In this document: positions 29,137-38,461 of the stretch, one piece after another | Layout: every line of letters begins with the position of its first letter | How positions within the stretch are numbered: position 1 is the first letter of the stretch | Origin: Candidatus Giovannonibacteria bacterium | GTDB lineage: Bacteria > Patescibacteriota > Minisyncoccia > UBA11713 > 2-01-FULL-45-33 | Assembly: GCA_016432405.1 (NCBI GenBank) | Contig: CP066687.1 | Span: 586,629 to 650,628 of the forward strand | Reading direction: 5' to 3' | Length of the DNA stretch: 64,000 nt | Notes under the pieces: generated by a model | The model's input: only the letters and a program-made list of their open reading frames with translations | Database searches by the model: none | Told to the model about the DNA's origin: nothing | Position numbers and translations under genes: made by a program

Positions 29137-29412
29137 CTAGATGCCCCAAGTTGGATTCAAGGTTTTGATGCGCGGCTGCTCTTCCCCTTTTGGATAGGCA
29201 GTATAAGCCAGGATTGCGCCGGTTTCAACCGTTTTTTTATCAATCACCTGTCTCCAAGTAAACGGGATTGTATGTTCTGGCTTGGCGCAGTCTTTCGGGC
29301 ATTTTAGCTCCACATCGTGGAGCGTTCCTGTTCCGGTTTTCCAATCAAAATAGCGAACTTCACCTTTTCCTCTTAGCATATATTTCTCCTTCTTCCGAAA
29401 ATCTGTTTTCAT
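29137..29412 (-). CDS. Small divergent cold-shock/OB-fold-like protein
   Basis: GEVRYFDWKTGTG resembles CSD RNP1 region; SD AAAGGAG. Confidence 0.5.
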   Translation of the reverse strand: MKTDFRKKEKYMLRGKGEVRYFDWKTGTGTLHDVELKCPKDCAKPEHTIPFTWRQVIDKKTVETGAILAYTAYPKGEEQPRIKTLNPTWGI

Positions 29413-29467
29413 TATACTCCTTTCATTTTATTTGTCAAACAATATTTTTTGTGCTTATATAAATCTT

Positions 29468-30355
29468 ATGGCGGAAAATATTAATGAAATTAAAATCGGG
29501 GGCGCCGGATATCCGGAGGCGCTAAAGGAGATTCCCTTTCCGCCCAAAAAAATTTCCATTTGGTCTTCTAACGGCCGACTCCCTGCTTCTAACTTCTATA
29601 TTTCTATAGTAGGCACGCGGCGCTCATCCGCTTACGGGGAAGAAATTTTAAGAAAAATCCTCGCTGGCCTCGCGCCCTACGGCTTCGCAACCGTTTCGGG
29701 GATGGCTACCGGGATTGACACAATAGTCGCCAAAGCAAGTTTGGAAAATAAAATGCCGACGATTGCCGTCTTGGGCTCCGGCATGGCACGTGAAGTATTT
29801 TATCCGTCAAAAAACTGGGCGCTCGCCGAGCGTATTGTGGAGGAAGGCGGCGCGATTCTTTCCGAATACGAGCACGATATGAAAGCGACGCTTTGGAGCT
29901 TCCCGCAGAGAAACCGGATTATCTCCGGCCTCTCCTCGGCAACGCTGGTCGTGGAGGCGCCGGAAAAAAGCGGGGCGCTGATTACGGCGAAGTTCGCCTT
30001 GGACCAAAACCGCGATGTTCTTGCCATCCCCGGCTCGGCTTTTTCTACAAACTCCTCCGGCACGAACAAGCTTATAAAACAAGGCGCGGCGCTTGTTGAA
30101 TCGGCGGAGGATGTTTTGCGGGCTTACGGGATTGAGGAAGTAGAACGTCCGACGTCCGATCGGACGTCGGACGTCCAAAGATTGGATTTATCTCCGGAGG
30201 AAAATAAAATTTTAGAAATTTTGCTGGAGCCGCTGGATATTGACTCTTTAATCAGAAAGAGTAAAATGCCCTCTCATACCGCGCAGTCCGTAATCGGACT
30301 TCTGGAAATCCGCGGTATCATTAAAAAACTCGGCAACGAATACGTAAGAACATAA
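29468..30355 (+). CDS. dprA: DNA-protecting protein DprA
   Basis: IVGTRR, VSGMATGID, FPQRNRIISGLS, SGALITA. Confidence 0.95.
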   Translation: MAENINEIKIGGAGYPEALKEIPFPPKKISIWSSNGRLPASNFYISIVGTRRSSAYGEEILRKILAGLAPYGFATVSGMATGIDTIVAKASLENKMPTIAVLGSGMAREVFYPSKNWALAERIVEEGGAILSEYEHDMKATLWSFPQRNRIISGLSSATLVVEAPEKSGALITAKFALDQNRDVLAIPGSAFSTNSSGTNKLIKQGAALVESAEDVLRAYGIEEVERPTSDRTSDVQRLDLSPEENKILEILLEPLDIDSLIRKSKMPSHTAQSVIGLLEIRGIIKKLGNEYVRT

Positions 30356-30357
30356 AG

Positions 30358-32367
30358 ATGAAGCTTGTAATTGTTGAATCGCCAACTAAAGCAAAGACGA
30401 TTTCCCAATTTCTTGGGAAAGATTCCGCCACGGCGGGCGAGTTTGTTATTGAATCAAGCTACGGGCATGTGCGCGATCTGCCGAAGTCGCAGCTCGGAGT
30501 GGACGTGGAAAATAATTTCCAGCCGAAATACATTGTCCCCTTAAAAGCCAGAAAAAACGTAAGCGCTTTAAAGAAAAAAGCGGCTAAAGCCGAAAAAATA
30601 ATTCTGGCGACGGATGAAGATCGCGAAGGCGAAGCCATCGCCTGGCATCTGCTCTCCGCCTTGGGGCTGGAAGACCGCCCCGAGGATAACATTCTGCGGA
30701 TAGTTTTTCATGAAATAACTAAAAAGGCGATAGAAAAAGCGCTGAAAAATCCGCGCGATATAGACATGCACATGGTCAACGCCCAGCAGGCGCGGAGGAT
30801 CTTGGACCGGCTGGTGGGCTACAAGCTTTCTCCGTTTTTGTGGCAAAAAGTGGCCCGGGGGCTTTCAGCGGGGAGAGTGCAGTCCGTTGCCGTGCGGCTG
30901 ATAGTTGAGCGCGAAGCAGAGATTGATGCGTTTAAAAAAGAAGAATATTGGACGATTGAAGGAATTTTTTCCGCCAAAGGCGGATCCGCCTCCAGCGGAA
31001 AAAAAGACGACAATTCTTTTAAGGGTGAACTTTATAAGATTGGCGAGAAAGTGCTGGAAAAATTTGACATAAAAAACGAAACTGAAGCCAAAAAAATCTT
31101 GGATAAGTTGGAGGGAAAAAATGCCGAAGTTATTTCCGTGGAAAAAAGCGCGGAAGAGCGCCACGTCCCGCCGCCCTTTACCACCTCAACTCTGCAGCAG
31201 GCGGCTTTTCAACGGCTCCGAATGTCCGCCAAAGAAACCATGCGCAACGCCCAGCGCCTCTACGAGGAGGGCTACATAACTTACATGCGCACGGATTCGC
31301 TGAATCTTTCGCAGGAATCGCTCTCTGAAGCCGCCGGCTGGATTAAAGAAAACCTCGGCGGCAAATATTTATTACCGAAGCCGAGGATTTTTAAAACCAA
31401 ATCAAAATCCGCCCAGGAAGCGCACGAAGCCATCCGCCCCACGGACCCTTCCCGCAGGCCGGAAGATTTAAAAAAATCCACCGACCCGAGAGAAGCAAGG
31501 TTATACGAGCTTATCTGGCGGAGATTCATTTCCTCACAGCTCCCCAGCGCAGTTTTGGAAAACACGAAAGCAGATATTGATATTGACGGCCATACTTTCC
31601 GCGCAAACGGCACGCGGCTTGTCTTTGACGGATTTTTAAAAATTTATCAGATGAAGTTTTCGGAAAATATCCTTCCGGAGCTTAGAGAAAAAGAAGGATT
31701 GAAAACTGAATCAATCGCGCCGATTCAGCACTTTACCGAGCCGCCGCCCAGATTCAACGAAGCGAGCTTGGTAAAAGCATTGGAGAAAAACGGCATAGGC
31801 CGACCATCAACCTACGCGCCGACCATAGCCACAATCCAAGACCGCGGATACGTGGAAAAGGACGAGCAAAGGCGGCTCCGCCCGACCGAAACCGGGAAAA
31901 TTGTAAACGCGATGCTGGTGGAAAACTTTCCGGAAATAGTGGACATCAGCTTTACGGCAAAAATGGAAGAGGGGCTGGACGAGATTGCGGAAGGGCGCAG
32001 AGAATGGCCACCGGTCATCCGCGAATTTTACGAGCCGTTTTCAAAACACCTTGAAACAAAATATGAAAGCGTGGATTCCCAAAAAATTGAGGAAAAAACT
32101 GACGAGAGCTGCCCGAATTGCGGCAAACCAATAGTCATAAAACGCGGAAGGTTTGGAAGATTCATGGCCTGCTCCGGCTTCCCGGAATGCAAAACGACAA
32201 AAAAACTACCGGAGCCGGCCCTCAATATAAAATGTCCGAAGTGTCTTGAGGGCGACGTCGTCCGCCGCCGCGGCAAAAAAAACGGGCGCTATTTCTTCGG
32301 CTGCTCTAGGTGGCCCGCCTGCGACTTCGTTTCCTGGACACTACCCGGCAGGGAAAAGAAAGAGTAA
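30358..32367 (+). CDS. topA: DNA topoisomerase I
   Basis: VIVESPTKA, ATDEDREGE, SAGRVQS, ITYMRTDS, C-terminal Zn ribbons. Confidence 0.97.
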   Translation: MKLVIVESPTKAKTISQFLGKDSATAGEFVIESSYGHVRDLPKSQLGVDVENNFQPKYIVPLKARKNVSALKKKAAKAEKIILATDEDREGEAIAWHLLSALGLEDRPEDNILRIVFHEITKKAIEKALKNPRDIDMHMVNAQQARRILDRLVGYKLSPFLWQKVARGLSAGRVQSVAVRLIVEREAEIDAFKKEEYWTIEGIFSAKGGSASSGKKDDNSFKGELYKIGEKVLEKFDIKNETEAKKILDKLEGKNAEVISVEKSAEERHVPPPFTTSTLQQAAFQRLRMSAKETMRNAQRLYEEGYITYMRTDSLNLSQESLSEAAGWIKENLGGKYLLPKPRIFKTKSKSAQEAHEAIRPTDPSRRPEDLKKSTDPREARLYELIWRRFISSQLPSAVLENTKADIDIDGHTFRANGTRLVFDGFLKIYQMKFSENILPELREKEGLKTESIAPIQHFTEPPPRFNEASLVKALEKNGIGRPSTYAPTIATIQDRGYVEKDEQRRLRPTETGKIVNAMLVENFPEIVDISFTAKMEEGLDEIAEGRREWPPVIREFYEPFSKHLETKYESVDSQKIEEKTDESCPNCGKPIVIKRGRFGRFMACSGFPECKTTKKLPEPALNIKCPKCLEGDVVRRRGKKNGRYFFGCSRWPACDFVSWTLPGREKKE

Positions 32368-32368
32368 A

Positions 32369-32431
32369 CCCCCACACCAAAATTTTTAACATGCCGCAAT
32401 AGTATGGTTGTAGATTCTTTGGTGTGGGGGT
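32369..32431. repeat. Long intergenic hairpin
   Basis: CCCCACACCAAA...TTTGGTGTGGGG arms. Confidence 0.7.
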
Positions 32432-32445
32432 AAAGTAAGAACACA

Positions 32446-34158
32446 ATGGAGTGGGAGGAATACGAAAAAAAACTGCGCGAATTGGGGTATAAAGATGAAG
32501 CTATAAGCATTATCAAATCCGCTTTCGCTTACGCCGCGAAAATACACGCCGATGAGAAGCGCGCCTCCGGCGACCCTTATATCACCCACCCCATGGCGGT
32601 GTCCTTAAACGTCGCCAAAATTAAAATGGACGCCCCGACCGTCGCCGCCGCGCTTCTTCACGACATCGTTGAAAATAAAGGGATAAAGCCGGAAGAACTA
32701 AAAAAGCAATTTGGAGAAGAAATTGCTTTTTTAGTTGACGCCCTGACAAAAGCCGAGCGCGTGCAATACAGGGGGGTTGAGCGCGCGGTGGAATCTTTGC
32801 GCAAAATGTTTTTGGCGCTAGCCCAAGACATACGCGTGGTCATAATCAAGCTCATGGACCGGCTCCACAACATGGAAACGCTTAGATTTCTTCCTTTGGA
32901 AAAACAGCGCCGCATAGCGATGGAAACCTTGGAGCTCTACGCCCCGCTTGCGGACCGCTTGGGCATCTGGGAAGTGAAAGCAAGATTGGAGGATTTGGCT
33001 TTCTCTTACGTTTATCCGGAAGAATACAAATGGCTGATGTTTCAAATTAAAAATAGACGGGAAGAAGACGAAAAGTATCTGGAAAAATTGAAGCCCACCG
33101 TGGAGTCGGAGCTCAAAAAAGAGAACGTAAACGCCGTGCGCGTCACCTGCCGGGCGAAGCATTTCTACAGCATCTGGAAAAAACTCATAAAACACGAAAT
33201 GAATTTTGACAGAATTTTGGATTTGGTTTCAATGAGGATAATTTTGCGAAATAGCGAAGATTGCTACCGGGCGCTTGGAATAATACATAAACTCTGGAAA
33301 CCGATGCCCGGAAGAATTAAAGATTACATCGCGCTCCCCAAATCCAACGGCTACCGAAGCATCCACACTACGGTTTTCGGGCCGGAAGAAAAAAAGGTTG
33401 ACATTCAGATAAGAACCGCGGAGATGGACGATGAAGCGGAGCACGGCATCGCCGCGCACTGGTTTTACGAAGAGCAAGGCAAAAAATCGGTCACGAAAAA
33501 ATTGGGAGATAAAAGATTTTCCTGGGTCAGCCAGTTGCAGGAATGGCAAAAAGCGCATGCCAACGCGCCGTCAGCCGAAGCGCTCGCGGCGCTTAAAATT
33601 GATTTTTTCAAAGACAGGATATTCGTTTTCACTCCGAAAGGCGACGTCGCAGACCTGCCGGAAGGAGCTACGCCGATAGATTTTGCCTACCATATCCACT
33701 CGGAAATCGGCGACCATATGTCGGGGGCAAAAGTGAACGGCAAGCTGGTCCATTTTTCGCACCAGCTTAAATCCGGCGACCGGGTAGAGATTCTCACCCA
33801 AAAAAATAAAAGGCCGACTTCCGACTGGCTAGAATTTGCCAAAACGTCGATGGCTAAAAACCATATAAGATCCGCCCTAAGAAAACTCGGCGTAATGGAG
33901 CCGGTGAAGAAAAAATTACCGCTTCTGGAAGCGGTTGTCACAGCCAAGGACCGGCTGGGTCTGTTGAAAGATTTGTCCGCGGCATTCGCGCGGCTCGGCA
34001 TAAATATAGTCGGAGTGAAAATTGACCCAAAAAATAAAGCGTATCCTAAAACGTTGTTTCATTTTCACCCCAAAGCCGGCGTGCCGAATTCCAGATTACT
34101 CACCGCGCTCCGGCAAATCAAAAGTGTTGAAGACGCGGCAATCAAAGAAGTTAAATAA
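32446..34158 (+). CDS. rel: RelA/SpoT family (p)ppGpp synthetase/hydrolase
   Basis: LLHD, DRLHNM, RIKDYI..PK.NGY.SIHT, TGS (FTPKG, DFAY.IH), ACT. Confidence 0.92.
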   Translation: MEWEEYEKKLRELGYKDEAISIIKSAFAYAAKIHADEKRASGDPYITHPMAVSLNVAKIKMDAPTVAAALLHDIVENKGIKPEELKKQFGEEIAFLVDALTKAERVQYRGVERAVESLRKMFLALAQDIRVVIIKLMDRLHNMETLRFLPLEKQRRIAMETLELYAPLADRLGIWEVKARLEDLAFSYVYPEEYKWLMFQIKNRREEDEKYLEKLKPTVESELKKENVNAVRVTCRAKHFYSIWKKLIKHEMNFDRILDLVSMRIILRNSEDCYRALGIIHKLWKPMPGRIKDYIALPKSNGYRSIHTTVFGPEEKKVDIQIRTAEMDDEAEHGIAAHWFYEEQGKKSVTKKLGDKRFSWVSQLQEWQKAHANAPSAEALAALKIDFFKDRIFVFTPKGDVADLPEGATPIDFAYHIHSEIGDHMSGAKVNGKLVHFSHQLKSGDRVEILTQKNKRPTSDWLEFAKTSMAKNHIRSALRKLGVMEPVKKKLPLLEAVVTAKDRLGLLKDLSAAFARLGINIVGVKIDPKNKAYPKTLFHFHPKAGVPNSRLLTALRQIKSVEDAAIKEVK

Positions 34159-35005
34159 AAGAAGCAGGCGCCGGAACTATTTTATCCGATATTGATTTAA
34201 GCTCCTCATCCGAGAAAAATTCTATATAAATCTTACCTTTAGGCCCGCGCTTTTCTATGTGCACTCTCGTGCCCAAAACACTTTCCATTCTCTCCTGAAG
34301 CGCTCTTGTTTCAGGGTCCAAAAAAGCGCGGGCCTTCTCGCGCGCAATATTTCTGGCGGCGCGCTCGGCTTCGCGCACGGACAAACTGCTCGTCAAAATG
34401 TTCTGGTAAAGCTGGTTTTGGTCGTCCGGATGGCCGGAGAGCATAAGAAGTGGCCTGGTGTGCCCCTCGCTGATTTTACCCGCGGCAACCGCTTCCTGCA
34501 TCGCCTCCGGCAACTGGAGAAGCCGCAAGGTGTTTGCGACAACCTCCCTGCTTTTGCCGATTCTCTCCGCCACGTCTGCTTGGCGCAGTCCGAATTGTTC
34601 AATAAGCCGCTTGAAGGCGCGCGCTTTTTCTATCGGGTTTAAATCCGCGCGCTGGAGATTTTCCACCAAAGCAAGCTCAAGTTTAACTTTGTCCGAAGTG
34701 TCGTCCCGTATAATCGCGGGGATTTGCGGAAGGGCGATAATCCTCGCGGCGCGCAGCCGCCGCTCGCCGGCCAAAAGCTCGTATTCAACGGACAGGACTT
34801 GCCCCGTTCCCTCTCCGCTTAATTCCTTTCTGGTAACTACGATTGGCTGCAAAACGCCGTACTCGCGGATTGATTCGGCAAGTTCTTTTAAGGAACTTTC
34901 GTCAAACTCCCGCCTCGGCTGCAGTGGATTGGGCTTGATTTTATCCAGCTCTATCCAAAAAACTGATTCTTTAACTTTTGCCGGCTGATTGATTTTTTCG
35001 TCCAT
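34151..35005 (-). CDS. parB: ParB/Spo0J partition protein
   Basis: PNPLQPRR, GERRLRA, LVENLQRADLN, HTH. Confidence 0.93.
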   Translation of the reverse strand: MDEKINQPAKVKESVFWIELDKIKPNPLQPRREFDESSLKELAESIREYGVLQPIVVTRKELSGEGTGQVLSVEYELLAGERRLRAARIIALPQIPAIIRDDTSDKVKLELALVENLQRADLNPIEKARAFKRLIEQFGLRQADVAERIGKSREVVANTLRLLQLPEAMQEAVAAGKISEGHTRPLLMLSGHPDDQNQLYQNILTSSLSVREAERAARNIAREKARAFLDPETRALQERMESVLGTRVHIEKRGPKGKIYIEFFSDEELKSISDKIVPAPASFI

Positions 35006-35047
35006 TATGTTTAAAATAACAAAACGAAGAAATTTGTAAATACGCGC

Positions 35048-35131
35048 GCCTAGGTGGCGGAATCGGTATACGCGAAGGTCTCAAAAACCTTTGGGCGCAA
35101 GCCCTTGGGAGTTCGAGTCTCCCCCTAGGCA
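35048..35131 (+). tRNA. tRNA-Leu(CAA)
   Basis: GCCTAGG/CCTAGGC acceptor; AAGGT-CT-CAA-AA-ACCTT; long variable arm. Confidence 0.95.
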
Positions 35132-35132
35132 T

Positions 35133-35714
35133 TTGGAAAAGAGATTAAGCAAAAATAAAAAATTAAAAGCATACGTTGTAGGCCTAGCTCTTGGCGACGG
35201 CAATCTTTCCAATCCCAATGGACGGGCTGTAAGATTGCGTATAACTTGCGACAAGAAATACCCAAACCTTATACAGAATATTTATAGTTCTGTTCAAAAA
35301 CTTTTTCCAGACAATAAAGTCGCGGTCGTTAATCATAAAAGATACATAGATATAAGTTGTTATTCCAATAAATTAGAATCTATTTTGGGATGGAAAGCTA
35401 AGGGCGGATCAAAATATAAACAAAACGTTTCTATTCCCCATTGGATAAAGCTTAATAAAATATTTGCGAGAGAATGCCTTAGAGGATTGCTTCAAACAGA
35501 CGGATCTATTTATCGCGACCGCGGATATCTTATGGTAAATTTTGTAAATCACACACCGGCCTTATCAAGAGATGTTTTTTTATTGATGCAAAAATTGGGA
35601 TTTAAGCCCAATATCCAGAAATTGAGAAATAAAAACGGCTCAACAAAACATACTATCAGAATATCAAAAGATACAGAAAGATTTATAAACATAATAAAGC
35701 TTTCGAAAAGCTAG
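35133..35714 (+). CDS. Double-motif LAGLIDADG endonuclease-like protein
   Basis: AYVVGLALGDG and CLRGLLQTDG motifs; start uncertain (TTG 35133). Confidence 0.78.
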   Translation: MEKRLSKNKKLKAYVVGLALGDGNLSNPNGRAVRLRITCDKKYPNLIQNIYSSVQKLFPDNKVAVVNHKRYIDISCYSNKLESILGWKAKGGSKYKQNVSIPHWIKLNKIFARECLRGLLQTDGSIYRDRGYLMVNFVNHTPALSRDVFLLMQKLGFKPNIQKLRNKNGSTKHTIRISKDTERFINIIKLSKS

Positions 35715-35797
35715 AAATAAAAATAAGCATATGCTATACCAAAAACATCGGCTCGAACCATATTTTAATTTTGGGGGAAGAAAAATTTTTAATTCTT

Positions 35798-36592
35798 ATG
35801 ACTAAATCTAAAAAGCAATGGTGGAAAACTTTGTTCGATGAGAAGTATCTAAAAACATACATTGATACTGTTACTCCCGAACTCACTAAACGACAAATTC
35901 CCTTTTTACTAAAACGACTCCAACTCAAAAAGGGCGCGGAAATTTTGGATTTGGCATGTGGACACGGCAGACATGCTATCGAGTTGGCAAAGCGTGGATA
36001 TAAAGTTACTGGCTTAGATTTTTCTAAGCACTTTATTGACATCGCCAAGAAAGACGCAAATGAAAAGGGTGTGAAAGTTAATTTTATCCAAGGCGATATG
36101 CGTAATCTCTCTTTCGTCAATAAATTCGACGCTATTATAAACATATTTACATCTTTCGGATATTTCGATGATGAGAGCGACAATGAACTTGTGCTTCGAA
36201 AAATTTCTCGTGCCCTTAAACCAAACGGAAAATTTTTGATTGAAATTAATAATGCTATGGGCAAATTAGCTCGCATGTCACAGGAAGGAAAAACCGATAA
36301 AAAAACCGGATTTTTGACTAATGTAAAAAAAGATAAATTATCGAATAGTCTCATAGTTACAACGAAAGATGAATTTAATCCTGCGACAATGCGATGGTCC
36401 ATGACACGAACATGGAAAGAAAAAGGTAGGTTGAAAATTTACAAAACAAATGTACGTATGTTTTCTCCACCCGAATTAAATAATATGATGAAGCGAAATG
36501 ACTTGCGTATTGAAAAAACGTGGGGAGATTTGCAAGGTTCTCCGTTTGGTTTTGCCGCTCGTCGTTTGGTTGTATTAGCGCGAAAATCATAG
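35798..36592 (+). CDS. Class I SAM-dependent methyltransferase
   Basis: ILDLACGHGRH, GLDFS, GDMR, FTSFGYF. Confidence 0.9.
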   Translation: MTKSKKQWWKTLFDEKYLKTYIDTVTPELTKRQIPFLLKRLQLKKGAEILDLACGHGRHAIELAKRGYKVTGLDFSKHFIDIAKKDANEKGVKVNFIQGDMRNLSFVNKFDAIINIFTSFGYFDDESDNELVLRKISRALKPNGKFLIEINNAMGKLARMSQEGKTDKKTGFLTNVKKDKLSNSLIVTTKDEFNPATMRWSMTRTWKEKGRLKIYKTNVRMFSPPELNNMMKRNDLRIEKTWGDLQGSPFGFAARRLVVLARKS

Positions 36593-36681
36593 TTGTTTTT
36601 GAATTTGAATTTGCCGCCAAAGAAAAACTTGCTTGTCCGCCACAGCCCGAAGGGCGACGGCGGAAAATTGTCGGGTTTTAA

Positions 36682-37167
36682 TTAATTCAAGTATCCTGCA
36701 AAATTCTTTAGTAAAATTTTAACCAGCCAAGCGCTTAAAATGCCGATAACCGCGCCGCCCAAAATATCCGATGTCCAATGGATGCCGGCGGCGACGCGGC
36801 TGAAGCTTATCGTAAGCGCCGCGGCGTAAAATAAAACTCCCCACCATTTTTTGTAAAAAAACACTCCGGTCGCGAGCGCGAAGAAAAACGCGGCGTGTCC
36901 CGAGGGAAAAGCTCCGCCCGGGGAATGCTGCATTAGCTGGTAAACATTGCCCAAAACTTCAAATGGCCGCGGGCGATCGTAAAAATAGCGGATGATGTCT
37001 GTAAAAATAAACCGCGCAACCAACGCCGCGGCGAAAGAATGAATTATCATCAATAACTCCCGTTTTTTATCGCGCCCTAAAACGTAAAACGCCAAAATTC
37101 CAACGCCCACCCACCAAGGCAGATATTCCGCCATAAAAATAATTGTTGTTTCGTAAGACAAATACAT
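36682..37167 (-). CDS. PAP2 phosphatase (undecaprenyl-PP phosphatase BcrC-like)
   Basis: RPRPF, FPSGH, SRV..GIHW.SD. Confidence 0.9.
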   Translation of the reverse strand: MYLSYETTIIFMAEYLPWWVGVGILAFYVLGRDKKRELLMIIHSFAAALVARFIFTDIIRYFYDRPRPFEVLGNVYQLMQHSPGGAFPSGHAAFFFALATGVFFYKKWWGVLFYAAALTISFSRVAAGIHWTSDILGGAVIGILSAWLVKILLKNFAGYLN

Positions 37168-37176
37168 AAATATATT

Positions 37177-37998
37177 TTAGCTTTTTTTAATCAACTCCAC
37201 CAAATTCTTAAAAAGCATAGCCACTGTCAAGGGACCGACTCCGCCCGGGACCGGAGTGAAAATTGATGCCTTATCAGCGACTTTTTGGTTAAAATCTCCG
37301 AGCAGTTTTCCAGCAGCTTCCGATGTTCCACAGTCAATCGCTATAACTCCATCTTTTACCATTTGCGGGCCTACGAGATTCGGCTCCCCAACTCCGGAGA
37401 TTATTATATCCGCGTCCGTCGTATGCAACGTCGGGTCGGCTATATTTTCGTCAATCACAGTCACTGCCGCGCCCTGATTGATTAGCCAATTCGCAGCCGG
37501 CTTGCCCACCAATCGCCCGGCGCCGATTACAACCGCTTTTTTGCTTCTCACATCAACATTATGTTTATCAAAAATATATTTAATCGCCCCGACAACCGGC
37601 GGCAAAATTTTGCTTCTGCCTGAAGAAAATAAACCAACGCTTTTTGAAGAAAGCATGTCCGGGTCTTTTCCCGGCATTATCGCGTCTAGAATATATTGGG
37701 GGTTTATTTGCTTGGGCAATGGCAGCTGCACAATCACGCCAGTATTTTCTTTAATATGCACGATTTCCGCTAATTTTTTACGCAGCTGATTTGTTGAAAT
37801 AGTTTCCGGCAAATCGTAAATCCTAACGTCAATTCCAACCGCCTCGCCGAATTTCTTTTTCTGCTCCAAAAATTTTTCAGTAACTTTATCATCTCCGACT
37901 TTCACTACAGCAAGCCGTATTTTTTTATTTAACCCAAAAACTTCCGCTTTCAATTCGGCCTTAATCTCCTCCGCCAATTTTTTCCCGTCAATAATCAT
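37177..37998 (-). CDS. folD: Methylene-THF dehydrogenase/cyclohydrolase
   Basis: MIIDGK, VQLPLP, VGKP, TPVPGGVGPLT. Confidence 0.95.
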   Translation of the reverse strand: MIIDGKKLAEEIKAELKAEVFGLNKKIRLAVVKVGDDKVTEKFLEQKKKFGEAVGIDVRIYDLPETISTNQLRKKLAEIVHIKENTGVIVQLPLPKQINPQYILDAIMPGKDPDMLSSKSVGLFSSGRSKILPPVVGAIKYIFDKHNVDVRSKKAVVIGAGRLVGKPAANWLINQGAAVTVIDENIADPTLHTTDADIIISGVGEPNLVGPQMVKDGVIAIDCGTSEAAGKLLGDFNQKVADKASIFTPVPGGVGPLTVAMLFKNLVELIKKS

Positions 37999-38104
37999 GG
38001 CGTCCTCAAAATATCATGCGCGCCTACCCTTCTGCTAATTTTTTTATATTATCTGGGAGCGCCGCGTAATCCTCATCAAACGACTTAGTTGTGAGGATAT
38101 GCAT
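37995..38104 (-). pseudogene. Internally deleted RelE/ParE-type toxin
   Basis: N-terminal MHILTTKSFDEDYAALPDNIKK joined out of frame to C-terminal RRVGAHDILRTP-stop. Confidence 0.7.
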
Positions 38105-38105
38105 A

Positions 38106-38360
38106 TTATTTTTTTGATCGTATTTTGGTTTTCTTTAAATGCCCAATTAAATCTCGCGCGGAAAAAAATGGGCCAGAAACCTTTCCTTTAACTATATCTT
38201 GGTCCGCCTCCAGTTCTTTTTTTTGCCACTCCGGCGTCCAAAACCACTCTTCGCCTTTGCGTATTTGCACGGCTTTTTTAAGCATATTAAACTCTTCGTA
38301 CTCCTTTTTGGGTATTAAGACAAACTCTCCCTTTTTTGGAACTGTGATTATATTGTTCAC
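38106..38360 (-). CDS. Type II antitoxin-like protein
   Basis: VLIPKKEYEE and WFWTPEWQ..E.EAD.D...G.V.GPF; directly upstream of toxin remnant. Confidence 0.7.
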   Translation of the reverse strand: MNNIITVPKKGEFVLIPKKEYEEFNMLKKAVQIRKGEEWFWTPEWQKKELEADQDIVKGKVSGPFFSARDLIGHLKKTKIRSKK

Positions 38361-38416
38361 ATAAATACTATATCATACCCAACAAAAAATTCAAAATATC
38401 GCGATTTATACCCCGT

Positions 38417-38461
38417 TTCGGCTTTTATTTCTTCAGTCAACTTTTCTCCATCAATAATCAT
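38417..38461 (-). repeat. Remnant second copy of folD 5' end (MIIDGEKLTEEIKAE)
   Basis: 13/15 aa identical to FolD start; overlaps glyA end. Confidence 0.85.

Noticed and set aside
18538-29412. Prophage
   Set aside because: No structural, terminase or integrase genes; orphans are interleaved with core genes such as ftsH
24339-35131. Intron-split tRNAs hosting the LAGLIDADG ORFs
   Set aside because: Both tRNAs fold completely without interruption and the ORFs lie outside or at their edges
36592-36681. Possible stranded gene tail (...RRRKIVGF-stop) containing a hairpin
   Set aside because: No parent gene in the window to match it to, so it is not counted as a gene-end duplication
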